Positions 29,501 through 38,638 of a stretch of 64,000 bases of DNA are shown piece by piece. Position 1 is the stretch's first letter. Every line of letters begins with the position of its first letter. The notes under the pieces are model-generated. The model did no database searches. It was not told the origin of the DNA and worked only from the letters and a program-made list of their open reading frames with translations. The stretch comes from an uncultured candidate division Zixibacteria bacterium (lineage in GTDB: Bacteria > Zixibacteria > MSB-5A5 > RBG-16-43-9), in contig OY970208.1 of the NCBI GenBank assembly GCA_963713865.1, positions 928,001 through 992,000 on the forward strand. Reading direction: 5' to 3'. Position numbers and translations under genes: made by a program.

Positions 29501-29962
29501 GAACTAAAAGGGGAAGAGATAAAAAAATCACCAGAGGTGAAATTGGAGATAGATTCAGATCTTTACCTTCCATCAGATTATATAGAAGATGGACAACAGA
29601 GGATGGAAATCTATAAAAAGCTATCAGAGATAAAAAGAGAAGAGCAAATAAAGGACTTGCAGGTGGAGTTAAGGGATAGATTCGGGCTCCTTCCCAGGGA
29701 GGCAGAGGAGCTTTTAAAAGTAGCTGAGCTTAAGCTCATTTGTCAGGGAAAAGAGGTGTCTAAGCTTACACTTAAGGGGGTAAGGGTGAAACTTGAGTTC
29801 AGCCTGAGTAAAAAGACTGGAAAAGAAGAGATAAAAAAATACCGGCAGACAATCGATTTCCCTTTGGAGTTTTCCGTTGTTGGAAATTTCAAAATGGAAA
29901 TAGACTTAAAGGGTGTAAAAAATCGACTGGAAGAGTTGAAAAAACTCTTGCTAAAATTATAG
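26591..29962 (+). CDS. mfd: Transcription-repair coupling factor
   Basis: CGDVGYGKTEVA, DEEQRFG, TATPIPRT, QLRGRVGR, RDLEIRG. Confidence 0.97.
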   Translation: MSLSILLEQAHRSHSFSILAEKIAEGKKSLALSGLVGSGKSFLLAYLEKKLSLPFLILSYHPEEAIKLFEDLQSFLGEGEVLFFPSREILPYELQVPHSEVLGARLSCLHNLLFRKNNVVVTHVRAIIEKTIPRDELKNKTVQLKTGDELELENLILKISELGFKRFPQVEEVGTYSQRGGILDLFPYTSENPLRLEFFGDKIESIREFSVFNQRTINKKDGVILLPKREFHLKDEELEKYLGRIEEKEAQRLRGRINFYQEIPGLEWMAPLLELPQGELFDYLPEESLVFMDEPELIRKEIDYIREEAQRRYEEASLKKELVPQPSFLFRDVASFERKIESFQVLKNFYLRKENLDFDLGMCEPESAVSNFPLLKKTLKEEEKMGKKVYISCENSGQKERLEELLEKEVEKVVFLLDNLSSGFIYPELELVVLPEHQIFSRYLRRRRKRKFKEGLPLSNYASLSSGDFVVHVDFGIGRYSGLQNLLIDGRKRDCLLLLYKDEDKLYVPVEEFNRIQKYIGKDGEPILSRLGSPLWEKNKEKTKKALKEMAEDLIQLYAERKAKPGFAFSADTPWQKELESSFIYEETPDQFEAIESIKTDMEKPVPMDRLVCGDVGYGKTEVAIRAAFKSVMDGKQVAILVPTTILAQQHYTTFSERLKDYPVRIEVLSRFKSSKEQKEIIKSLEQGKIDIVIGTHKLLQKDVKFKDLGLLIIDEEQRFGVAHKEKLKKVKSTVDCLTLTATPIPRTLQLSLLGAKDMSIINTSPKDRLPIQTIISEFDKELIAEATLREVDRGGQVYFVHNRVESIGSMYNFLKKLLPELRLGIAHGQMEEKVLEKIMLAFLDGKYDCLLCSNIIESGLDIPSVNTIIINRADRFGLAQLYQLRGRVGRSNHKAYAYLLVPPFENLNPQAQKRIRAIQQYTELGSGFYLALRDLEIRGTGNILGPQQHGFIEEIGFDLYCQLLEEAVRELKGEEIKKSPEVKLEIDSDLYLPSDYIEDGQQRMEIYKKLSEIKREEQIKDLQVELRDRFGLLPREAEELLKVAELKLICQGKEVSKLTLKGVRVKLEFSLSKKTGKEEIKKYRQTIDFPLEFSVVGNFKMEIDLKGVKNRLEELKKLLLKL

Positions 29963-30019
29963 AATGATTTATATTTAAAACTTGAGTATTTAAACTAAAC
30001 CCTAATTAAGGAGGTAGAG

Positions 30020-31774
30020 GTGAAAAGAGTAGTTGTAATCTTGGCGGTGTTGGCACTTAGCCTGGTTTGGATAACCGGCTGCGCTTCAAAACAAAGTAAG
30101 ATAGTCGCACAGATAGGAAAGGATAAAATAACTGTGGGAGGGCTGGCAGGAGATTATATAGAAATGAAGAAAAATGCCCAAATACAAACAATATCCGACC
30201 TTCCTCTATATGACCAGTTTAAAGAATTTTTAGACCAGAGAATCGATAGCCGGCTTCTGGTTCAGGCAGCTTATGAAAAAGGTTTTGATAAAGATCCTCA
30301 AATTGAAGGCCGGCTCGAACCGGAAAAGGAGAAACTTTTGATGAATGAGCTTTTCCGCAGAGAGGTTTTGAGCAAAGTCAAAGTTACCGATAAGGACGTG
30401 GCTGATTTCTATAAAAAATTAGGTGAGAGTATCAAGGTAAGACATATATTGGTAAAGACCAAAAAGGAAGCAGATCAAATCTACCGCGATCTTAAGAAAG
30501 GAGCAGATTTCGATACCCTGGCAAAGGAGAAATCAATCGATACACGAACTAAAGATAAGGGAGGGGACCTGGGTTTCATCAGCTGGCGAGGTATGGCAGG
30601 TGCGGCTTCATTTAAGGAAGTAGCCTTCAAATTAAAGCCCCAGGAGTTCTCCCGCCCGGTCAAGACCCTGGCAGGCTGGCATATAATCAAATTGGATGAA
30701 AGAAAAAAGGAAACCCAGAGAAGCTTTGAGGAAGAAAAGGAAAATCTGAAGACGAGTTTGCAGACGATGAATCAGCAGGAGATCGGGATAAACTATATGG
30801 TCAATTTAATGGAGCAATCCGACCTTAAAATGGTTAGCTCCACTATAAAGATGTTAGAGGAAAAGACCAACGCTTTAGCTGTTACAGATACTCTTAAATC
30901 ACCAATGCAGGGTTTAAACTTAGACCCTGCCCAGCTCACCGAAGAGGAGAAATCCTTAGCAGTTATTAACTATAAGGGTGGAGAGTTAAAGGTATCAGAG
31001 TTCCTTCCCTTCTATAACCGCTGGCCCTCTTTCCAGAGACCAACTTTAAATGATGAGGAAAATATCAAAGGTTTAGTTTTCAATTATCTTTTAGCTCCAG
31101 AGATATTAAAAAAGTTAGCCCTTAAGAAAAAGATCGACCAGAGCAAGGAATATAAGGATAAGCTTACTCGTACCAAAGAGGCGATGATTGCGGATAAATA
31201 CCGGAGTGAGATTATCTGGAAAGATTTAGCTGTAGATTCAGCCGATCTGGAGAATTTCTATCAAATAAATAAGGAGAAATATATTACTCCAGCTCAGGTA
31301 CATGTCTTAGAGATTATGGTCAAAACCGAGGGGGAAGCCAAGCAAGTTCTCAAACAGCTTCGCGCCGGTGCTGATTTCAAAAAGCTGGCTGAGGAGAAAA
31401 CGATCCGGACTTATGCAAAACAAAGCGGAGGAGACCTGGGCAGAATTATGAAAAGCAATTATCCAGAGCTTTTCGATGCAGCCTTCAAGCTCAAGAAGAA
31501 CGAGACCGGAGGTCCTATTCATCTTTTACAGAGTCCGGTGGGTGAAGGATATTCGGTCATAAAGTTATTAGAAAAAACGGAGCAGAAACAGAAAACCTTG
31601 GCAGAGGTAGAACCTATGGTGCGAAACGCAGTTACCTACGAGAAGAAAAATAGCGTTTCTCGAAAGTGGGTGGAGGAGGCTCGTGCGAAAACCGAGATCA
31701 AAATCAACGAACCGGCCCTGCAGGAGGCTTTTGGGATAGTTCAAAAGGAACTTCCACCCCAGGAGAAAATGTGA
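30020..31774 (+). CDS. Parvulin-type peptidyl-prolyl isomerase lipoprotein (two PPIase domains)
   Basis: Lipobox ITGC; RHILV...GADF..LAKEKS...GGDLG twice. Confidence 0.85.
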   Translation: MKRVVVILAVLALSLVWITGCASKQSKIVAQIGKDKITVGGLAGDYIEMKKNAQIQTISDLPLYDQFKEFLDQRIDSRLLVQAAYEKGFDKDPQIEGRLEPEKEKLLMNELFRREVLSKVKVTDKDVADFYKKLGESIKVRHILVKTKKEADQIYRDLKKGADFDTLAKEKSIDTRTKDKGGDLGFISWRGMAGAASFKEVAFKLKPQEFSRPVKTLAGWHIIKLDERKKETQRSFEEEKENLKTSLQTMNQQEIGINYMVNLMEQSDLKMVSSTIKMLEEKTNALAVTDTLKSPMQGLNLDPAQLTEEEKSLAVINYKGGELKVSEFLPFYNRWPSFQRPTLNDEENIKGLVFNYLLAPEILKKLALKKKIDQSKEYKDKLTRTKEAMIADKYRSEIIWKDLAVDSADLENFYQINKEKYITPAQVHVLEIMVKTEGEAKQVLKQLRAGADFKKLAEEKTIRTYAKQSGGDLGRIMKSNYPELFDAAFKLKKNETGGPIHLLQSPVGEGYSVIKLLEKTEQKQKTLAEVEPMVRNAVTYEKKNSVSRKWVEEARAKTEIKINEPALQEAFGIVQKELPPQEKM

Positions 31775-32631
31775 AAAAGGTTACGTTCTTTCTATTATTC
31801 TTATGTCTAATAATTCTTTTAAGCTGTAAGAGCTCAAAGTTAGAGAATAAGGGGAAGGCGCTGGTTGAGGTTAATGGTCAGAAATTAACCGAGGAGGCTA
31901 TAAACGCTGAGCTTTCCTTAGCCTTTGAAGATAGTATCCCCCGGAGGGCAAAACTGGACTATCTGAATCGCTGGATCGAGAATGAACTTTTGTACCAGGA
32001 GGCAAAGAAGAGAGGATTGGATAAAAGCCCGCAGGTGAAAATAAGAATCGAACAGGCAGTCAAGGATGTGCTAGTTCTCAGTTTGTTAAAAGATCAGTCC
32101 ATCAAGCAGATCCAGGTCTCAGAAGAAGAAGCTAAAAAATTTTATGAGCAGAACAGGGACTTTTTCAAAAGGGATCAGGACGAGATCAGAGCAAGCCACA
32201 TCCTTTTTTCCACTCAAGCTCAGGCGGAAAACGCTTTTGACCGGATAAAAAAGGGGGAGGATTTCAAGCTCCTGGCTCAGGAATTGTCCCTTGATTCACA
32301 GACCAGAAATTCAGGAGGAGATATCGGATATTTTGACCTCTCCAGTATGCCTCCGGTTATAGCTAACGTGGTATCTGAACTTCAGATCGGGAAAGTCTCC
32401 GCCCCTTTTAAAACCGAAATGGGTTTTCATATCTTAAAGGTTACAGACAGAAAACCTAAAGGGAGCTTAAGAGAGTTTGCAGAGATCAAAGATAAGCTTA
32501 TAGCTCAGATGAGCGAACAAAAAAAGAGCGAGGCGGTTACCAAACTCTTGGAGGAGTTAAAGAGTAAAGCTAAGATCGAGAAATACGATTGGGCAAAAGA
32601 TACGCTAACCACAGAACAAAAAACCTTTTAA
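31771..32631 (+). CDS. Parvulin-type peptidyl-prolyl isomerase lipoprotein (PrsA-like)
   Basis: GTG start overlapping the upstream stop, AGGAG RBS; lipobox LLSC; RASHIL, GGDIG, GFHILK. Confidence 0.85.
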   Translation: MKKVTFFLLFLCLIILLSCKSSKLENKGKALVEVNGQKLTEEAINAELSLAFEDSIPRRAKLDYLNRWIENELLYQEAKKRGLDKSPQVKIRIEQAVKDVLVLSLLKDQSIKQIQVSEEEAKKFYEQNRDFFKRDQDEIRASHILFSTQAQAENAFDRIKKGEDFKLLAQELSLDSQTRNSGGDIGYFDLSSMPPVIANVVSELQIGKVSAPFKTEMGFHILKVTDRKPKGSLREFAEIKDKLIAQMSEQKKSEAVTKLLEELKSKAKIEKYDWAKDTLTTEQKTF

Positions 32632-32635
32632 GCAG

Positions 32636-33925
32636 ATGAAAACCAGGATAATTTCTCTTCTTGTTATTTTTTATTTACTTTTTTTACCTTCAATTATTTT
32701 TGCTCAGGAGAGCTTAGATCAAATCGTGGCTATAGTGGGCAAAGATATTATCCTGGATTCGGAGCTTAAGACTCAGCTCGAACTCTATCTGGCTCAGACA
32801 GGTAAGAAAACTGAAAATCCTGAGGAATTAAATGACTTAAGAAAAACCCTTTTAGACCAGATGATAAATGATCGTCTCCTGCTGGCTAAAGCGGAGAAGG
32901 ATACTCTCTTGAAGATAAACGACAATGAGATAGAGCAGACCCTGGAAGAGCAGTTAACTAAAATAAAAAGTCAGTTTTCGTCTGAGGAGGCTTTCCAGAA
33001 GGAGTTGAAAACCGAAGGGTTGACTGAGGCAGAGCTTAAAAGAAATTACCGGGAGCAGATCAAAGAGCAGCTTTTAAGAGATAAACTCATCTCCTCTAAG
33101 TTATCCAAGTCTAATATCTCCTCGAGAGAGGTTAAGGAGTTCTATCAGAGCTATAAAGATAGTCTGCCAGAACAACCTGAATCAGCCAAGCTTAGCCAGA
33201 TCCTCTTGAAAATAGAGCCAAGCCAGAAAACTCTGGACTCGCTGAAAGATTTCGCATCTATGATCTTAGCCAGAGCTAAAGCCGGTGAGGATTTCTCAGA
33301 ACTGGCAAAAAGATATTCAGAAGACCCCAGTGCTAAACAGGGCGGGGATTTAGGCTTTTTAAAAAGAGGTGAGATCTTGCCTGAATTTGAAATGAAAGCT
33401 TTTTCCCTTAATCCCGGTGAGATAAGCGATCTGGTTCAGACCTCTCTGGGTTATCATATAATTAAATTGGAAGAGAAAAAAGAAGAGGAGATTCATGTTC
33501 GCCATATTCTGATAAAGATAACACCATCCCAAGTTGATTCTGCAAAGATTTTAAGCCTGGCAGATACGCTTTATCAAAAACTAAAAAGTGGAGCAGATTT
33601 TGTCCAGTTGGTTAAAGACTATTCTCAGGATGATGAATCCAAGAAAAAAGGTGGGGAGATAGGTTGGTTTCCATTAGCCCAGCTTCCAGAAGAGTTAAAA
33701 GAAAAGATCGCTCAAACAGAAATTGGCCAGATAACTTCTCCGGTAATCACAGAGGAAGGTGTGCACATCCTGAAAATCCTGGATAGAAAAGAAAAAAGGG
33801 GGTTGACCCTGGAAGAGGATTACGATACGATTAAAGAGATGGCAAAAAGGAAAAAAGGAAGCGATGAGATTTTGAAATGGATCGAGGAGCTTAAGAGCAA
33901 AACTTATGTAGAGGTGAGGATTTAA
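32636..33925 (+). CDS. surA: SurA-like chaperone / PPIase
   Basis: DQIVAIVGKDIILDSE SurA N-domain followed by two parvulin domains. Confidence 0.8.
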   Translation: MKTRIISLLVIFYLLFLPSIIFAQESLDQIVAIVGKDIILDSELKTQLELYLAQTGKKTENPEELNDLRKTLLDQMINDRLLLAKAEKDTLLKINDNEIEQTLEEQLTKIKSQFSSEEAFQKELKTEGLTEAELKRNYREQIKEQLLRDKLISSKLSKSNISSREVKEFYQSYKDSLPEQPESAKLSQILLKIEPSQKTLDSLKDFASMILARAKAGEDFSELAKRYSEDPSAKQGGDLGFLKRGEILPEFEMKAFSLNPGEISDLVQTSLGYHIIKLEEKKEEEIHVRHILIKITPSQVDSAKILSLADTLYQKLKSGADFVQLVKDYSQDDESKKKGGEIGWFPLAQLPEELKEKIAQTEIGQITSPVITEEGVHILKILDRKEKRGLTLEEDYDTIKEMAKRKKGSDEILKWIEELKSKTYVEVRI

Positions 33926-33932
33926 ACCTGAA

Positions 33933-34208
33933 TTGCGTTTAGACCAATTCCTTTCCATATCCCGGCTTTTAAAGAGAAGGACTCAGGCAAAATTAGCCTG
34001 CGATAAAGGGCTGGTATATGTAGATGGGATTAAAGCCAAACCAGGCAAAGAAGTTAAGGTGGGGCAGAAGATTATCTTAGATTTTACTAACAGGAAAATT
34101 GAATTAGAGGTATTAAAACTCCCTCCCAAAAGTTTAAGAAAAGAGGAAACAAAGGAGTTATACCGTATCATCTCAGAAGAAAAGAAAAATGACAGTCTTT
34201 TCGAATAA
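33933..34208 (+). CDS. S4 RNA-binding protein (Hsp15/YabO-like)
   Basis: MRLDQFL...KRRTQAKLACDKG...KPGKEVKVG. Confidence 0.85.
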   Translation: MRLDQFLSISRLLKRRTQAKLACDKGLVYVDGIKAKPGKEVKVGQKIILDFTNRKIELEVLKLPPKSLRKEETKELYRIISEEKKNDSLFE

Positions 34209-34276
34209 CCCGATAGATCCACCCTGTCATCAATGAGGATTAATTCTTTATCTTGACCTTTTGTCTCAAATCACTT

Positions 34277-34306
34277 AGGGGTGGAGATTATCTCCACCCC
34301 TTTCTT
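34277..34306 (+). terminator. Hairpin/terminator between convergent operons
   Basis: AGGGGTGGAGA-TTA-TCTCCACCCCT followed by TTCTT. Confidence 0.65.
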
Positions 34307-34349
34307 ATTATAGTTAGATTTCTTTACTGTTTTGGAGATATTATCTTTT

Positions 34350-36440
34350 TCAAGAACAACTCCAGCAATCTGTATTACAAGTTGGAGCTGGACCTCCTTT
34401 GAAAAGATAGTTGATTAGCCAAACTACATCCGCCACACTTACATTACAATCGCCATTGGTATCCCCCTTCCATAAAGGCTCAAATCCAGGACCTAACTTA
34501 AAGAGATAATTTATCAGGTAAACTATATCTGCAAGCGATACTTTACCATCACAATTAACATCTCCGGAAACCGGGAGTATTATATGATGCTGGGCAAAAA
34601 TCTTTATCAAATGCTCTTTCTCCCAGTCTTCCAGTCCAGGATAGCTCTGCCAGTAGTTCATAAACTCAATCATATTCTGAGGTTTATTGGTTTTAAAGAT
34701 ATCAAAAATCTTTGCAAATTCATCATGTAATTCATAATATTCTGTATTACTACGTTCGTTTGGATAATCAATATTTGCATCCTCCATATCATACCAGGCA
34801 CTTGCCACTGCTCCTTCTACTATAGAGCCATCAACATTTTTCCCATCAGGTCCTGCCCACCAATCGTTGTTTTCAAGGTCCCAACCATTATCCTTTAAAT
34901 ATCTGGCTTTATCTCCTGTTATAACACAACTTAAATATTCAGCCCACCCCTCATCAAAGGCACAGGAGGGGGTGGAGGTGGTATTAAAAGAATGGATAAG
35001 GGGACATCCCATGGTATGCATTGAGTTGAGATTCCAGGCTTTTACCTGGATAAGATGGGCATATTCATGAATCGGAGCATATAATCTATACCCAAAATTA
35101 GGGGGACCCATACTTGTTAGATACATCCAGTATATCTGATACAGGGAATCATATGCGCTATATGCAAGACCGTTTATATTGTTGTAATCATACATGACCA
35201 GAACAGGAGGGGTGTCCCAGGGGTAAGGGGGGACTGTTTGGATTAAATATTTTGTTTCTTGTAGATAGTGATAGCTATAACAAGCTCTAGCGAACATAGT
35301 ATCTTGCTCTTCACGAGATTGCTCGTCTTTTACTAAATTAAAGGAGTTATCAGGTCCTAAAGTGTCAGTAGAGGTACATATCAGAGAGTCATTACCCCAG
35401 ATTTTAACAGCCAACGAGTTATCCTGGTTAACTAAATGGAATTTCACATAAATAGGATGCTCTACGCGGGGGAGAAAAGTCACGAAATACCCGGATCTAT
35501 CTGTATATAGAGATTCTGTAGCAAATAAGTAACCTGTTACTCCATCCCAGATTGAGACTAGAACATTTGGTAGGGAAACTATCTGAGGATAATAAGAATA
35601 GTCGGCATATTGGTCATCATAGTTCACATATTTCAATTCTCCTGAAACACAAACATCCTCACAATAGGAAGACATGGCACCAGCCAGGGGCCAGGATGGT
35701 TTGCTTATGGCTCCATACATAGATACTAACCTCATCCGGATGTAATAATAATCCACGCACTTCAACCAGTTAAGTGTTTTGGAAGTGTAGTCGCAGTCCA
35801 GGACTGAAGCCTCTCCTTCTATTATATTGTCATCATTCAATAAATCTGCGTTCCTGTTCCATTCTATCTTGTAACTTACACATTGAGTGTCAAAAACCGG
35901 GGTCCAGCTCACATCAATCTCTCTTTGACCTGTGCCAGTGTTTGCCCATACATATGCAGGCGGGTCTGGTGGAACATGATAACGCACCTTCAATGTCCAG
36001 GTATCCAGCGTGCCAGTTATACCTTGATCACAATCACTTATCTTCAACTTCCAATTCGCATTTGCCTTTAAACCAAAAAAGCTCCAGTCTTCAGTCTTAG
36101 AAAAGGTGGAGCCATGCACGCTCCCATAACTCCATAAAACCTCATAGTGCATTGTGTCATCATCATATTGCAATACCACCACTAAATCCCTGGACCAATT
36201 ATGTGAGACTGCAAAATAAATATCTATTGAAAGAACTATAGCCTCATCTGGAGCAAGAGTATTATTATAGCTCTCAACCTCATCTCCACATTCATTTTCT
36301 CCCGTACCATCTGGAATATATAAATAAGGTGAGCTGGTTACAGTAGTCGAGTCTTCATAGGCCTCAGCTAACTCATACCTGAAGAAAGGCAGGATAAAAA
36401 ATAAAAGCAGAAAAACCCTTAAATAAGCTTTAATATTCAC
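34350..36440 (-). CDS. Secreted gluzincin metalloprotease: P-domain + FN3-like + HExxH domain + dockerin-like domain
   Basis: Signal peptide; HNWSRDLVVVL...NWKLKISDCDQGITGTLDTWTL (proprotein-convertase P-domain); HEYAH...FDEGWAE; GDVNCDGKVSLADIVYLINYLF duplicated. GTG start overlaps the upstream stop. Confidence 0.8.
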   Translation of the reverse strand: MNIKAYLRVFLLLFFILPFFRYELAEAYEDSTTVTSSPYLYIPDGTGENECGDEVESYNNTLAPDEAIVLSIDIYFAVSHNWSRDLVVVLQYDDDTMHYEVLWSYGSVHGSTFSKTEDWSFFGLKANANWKLKISDCDQGITGTLDTWTLKVRYHVPPDPPAYVWANTGTGQREIDVSWTPVFDTQCVSYKIEWNRNADLLNDDNIIEGEASVLDCDYTSKTLNWLKCVDYYYIRMRLVSMYGAISKPSWPLAGAMSSYCEDVCVSGELKYVNYDDQYADYSYYPQIVSLPNVLVSIWDGVTGYLFATESLYTDRSGYFVTFLPRVEHPIYVKFHLVNQDNSLAVKIWGNDSLICTSTDTLGPDNSFNLVKDEQSREEQDTMFARACYSYHYLQETKYLIQTVPPYPWDTPPVLVMYDYNNINGLAYSAYDSLYQIYWMYLTSMGPPNFGYRLYAPIHEYAHLIQVKAWNLNSMHTMGCPLIHSFNTTSTPSCAFDEGWAEYLSCVITGDKARYLKDNGWDLENNDWWAGPDGKNVDGSIVEGAVASAWYDMEDANIDYPNERSNTEYYELHDEFAKIFDIFKTNKPQNMIEFMNYWQSYPGLEDWEKEHLIKIFAQHHIILPVSGDVNCDGKVSLADIVYLINYLFKLGPGFEPLWKGDTNGDCNVSVADVVWLINYLFKGGPAPTCNTDCWSCS

Positions 36441-37942
36441 CAACTGTCACCCCTTTCTTCTTAAAATATTTAAAGAAGATTTTAGATTCTTTTTGAGTTC
36501 TAACTATATATAATAATTTACCATCTTTATCCAAATGATACCGAGCAAGGAATCTATCATTCTTTGGCTTAACCCCCTCTCTTGGCGGCTCCTCAATACC
36601 AAGAGCAAAGCTATTCGCACCTAACCTTGGAGGCACTACCTTGAAAGAACCCTCCAGGGTGTCGCCTTTGGTAATCGGTCCGGGTAGCATTTTAAAGCTA
36701 ATTTTACCATCACGAGTTACTATTTTCATCCCATCTGGATAATAATCCTTGGTTATAACCCGGTAATAAACCGTTGAAGTATCATTTAAAGAAAGAGGCG
36801 GAGTTATATGAAATAGATTGGTTACATACTGACCATTGAATTTTACATAAATCTCCCTATCAGTTATAAGAGGATGGAAAGGTAAATCGCTTTCTGGGAA
36901 ACCACCTCTATTTGAAAGGTGAACCAGCTCTCCGTTCTCATCAAAACCAAAGTAGAAACAGGGTTCTACTGTTTCCAATTGAATACATATTCCATGCCTC
37001 CCTATTTCCCTGGGTACTATAGTGATACTTCCTTCATAAATATCACCTTTCTTAATGGGACGATGCCATTTAGGCTCAAGTTCTGTAAAATCCATATTTT
37101 CTTCACTGGCATGTACTATAAAACGAGGGTCTTGGTTATAAGGGGGTTGTTGAGCTTCTTCAGGTCTTATATCCCAGTTCCAGCAGGATTTTAATTTTAC
37201 ATAAATCTTAGAGGGTTTATTCAATTCTGGTAAAGGTTCAAACCTAATCTGCCAAGCAAAAGAAGCCCTTCCATCACAGGAATCCAAAGGTTGACCCCAT
37301 CTATATTCAAAAACCTGTCTTATCTCCTGTTTGGGTTCCTCATGTGTTGTATCTACACCCGGTGGTAGAGATGGCTTTGGCCATTTCTTAGTAATTATAT
37401 CTTTAGCTGTCTTACCATCAGAAAAGATCGTCCCAGGTAAAAAATAATATCCTACAAGAATAACTACCAATAAAATACTTAAACCCAAACCTAATCTTTT
37501 CTTGTTGTTCATAAATATTCCTCCTTAAACTCTTAAATAAGTTTTAATATTCACCAACTGTCACCCCTTTCTTCTTATAATATTCATAGAAGATTTTAGA
37601 TTCTTTTTGAGTTTTAACTATATATAATAATCTACCATCTTTATCTAAATGATAGAGAGCAATGAATCTATCATTCTTTGGCTTAACTCCCTCTCTTGGC
37701 GGCTCCTCAATATCAAGAGCAAAACCATTCGCACCTGACCTTGAAGGCACTACCTTAAAAGAGCCCTCCAGGGTATCGCCCTTGGTAATCGGGCCGGGTA
37801 ACATCTTAAAGCTAATTTTACCATCACGAGTTACTATTTTCATCCCATCTGGATAATAATCTTTGGTTATAACCCGGTAATAAACCGTTGAAGTATCGTT
37901 CAAAGAAAGAGGTGGAGTTATATGAAAAAGATTGGTAACGTA
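36414..37942. repeat. Direct repeat of about 415 bp from tandem gene duplication (36414-36828 vs 37528-37942; offset 1114)
   Basis: Near-identical DNA across the 3' halves of the two paralogs, extending a few codons into the downstream gene start. Confidence 0.85.
36430..37512 (-). CDS. Membrane-anchored/exported protein with two internal beta-sandwich-like repeats (paralog A)
   Basis: N-terminal TM segment; internal repeat KGDIYEGSITIVP...FDENGEL / KGDTLEGSFKVVP...LDKDGKL. Confidence 0.75.
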   Translation of the reverse strand: MNNKKRLGLGLSILLVVILVGYYFLPGTIFSDGKTAKDIITKKWPKPSLPPGVDTTHEEPKQEIRQVFEYRWGQPLDSCDGRASFAWQIRFEPLPELNKPSKIYVKLKSCWNWDIRPEEAQQPPYNQDPRFIVHASEENMDFTELEPKWHRPIKKGDIYEGSITIVPREIGRHGICIQLETVEPCFYFGFDENGELVHLSNRGGFPESDLPFHPLITDREIYVKFNGQYVTNLFHITPPLSLNDTSTVYYRVITKDYYPDGMKIVTRDGKISFKMLPGPITKGDTLEGSFKVVPPRLGANSFALGIEEPPREGVKPKNDRFLARYHLDKDGKLLYIVRTQKESKIFFKYFKKKGVTVGEY

Positions 37943-38617
37943 AGTTCCACCAAATTTTACGTAAATCTCATTCTCAGTTATAGCTGGATGGTTAGGTAAA
38001 TCATTCTTTGGGAAAATACCTCTATCTGAGAGATGAACTAGTTCCCCCTTTTCATTAAAACCAAAATTTAAGAAGGTCTCAAACCTTCCTCCTATTATGT
38101 GTAATCTGTATTTACCAATCTCTCTCGGTACAATGGCGATTGTTCCATCATAGATTTCACCCTTTTTAATAGGATATAGCCACCTGGGTTCAACAAATGG
38201 AGTATAGTCCAGAGCATTTTCATCAGAAGATACTCTAAAGAGAGGACCCTCGTTATAAATGGGATGAGATCCAACACCACTGGTCTTCATTTCCCAGCAG
38301 GATTTTAACTTCACATAAATATTGGATGGTTTATTTACCTGGGGTAAAGGGTCAAACTTTATCTGCCATAAATAGGAGTCCCATCCATCACATGAGTCCA
38401 CAGGCAGATCCCATTTATACTCAAAAACCTGTTTTATCTCTTGCTTGGGTGGCTCGTTTTTAGTTTTTGGTATATTTAATTTTTTTATTTTCTTATATAC
38501 CTCATCAACGGCTGGCTGCCCATTAGTAAAAACAAAGTTAGGCAAATACCAGAAAAACCCAAGCAAAATTACCAGCAAAACACTTAGGCTTAAACCTAAT
38601 CTTTTCTTGTTATTCAT
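37544..38617 (-). CDS. Paralog B of 36430..37512
   Basis: Same MNNKKRLGL start (GGAGG RBS fits ATG 38617); last 132 aa differ from paralog A at 11 positions. Confidence 0.8.
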   Translation of the reverse strand: MNNKKRLGLSLSVLLVILLGFFWYLPNFVFTNGQPAVDEVYKKIKKLNIPKTKNEPPKQEIKQVFEYKWDLPVDSCDGWDSYLWQIKFDPLPQVNKPSNIYVKLKSCWEMKTSGVGSHPIYNEGPLFRVSSDENALDYTPFVEPRWLYPIKKGEIYDGTIAIVPREIGKYRLHIIGGRFETFLNFGFNEKGELVHLSDRGIFPKNDLPNHPAITENEIYVKFGGTYVTNLFHITPPLSLNDTSTVYYRVITKDYYPDGMKIVTRDGKISFKMLPGPITKGDTLEGSFKVVPSRSGANGFALDIEEPPREGVKPKNDRFIALYHLDKDGRLLYIVKTQKESKIFYEYYKKKGVTVGEY

Positions 38618-38638
38618 AACCATTCCTCCTTTACTCCT

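Noticed and set aside
31666-31770. Long overlap start of the second PPIase
   Set aside because: The signal peptide and RBS fit GTG 31771 at the upstream stop.
36414-37942. Repeat pair as a diversity-generating retroelement TR/VR
   Set aside because: Both copies lie in intact paralogous genes, mismatches are largely synonymous and not adenine-specific, and there is no reverse transcriptase in the window.
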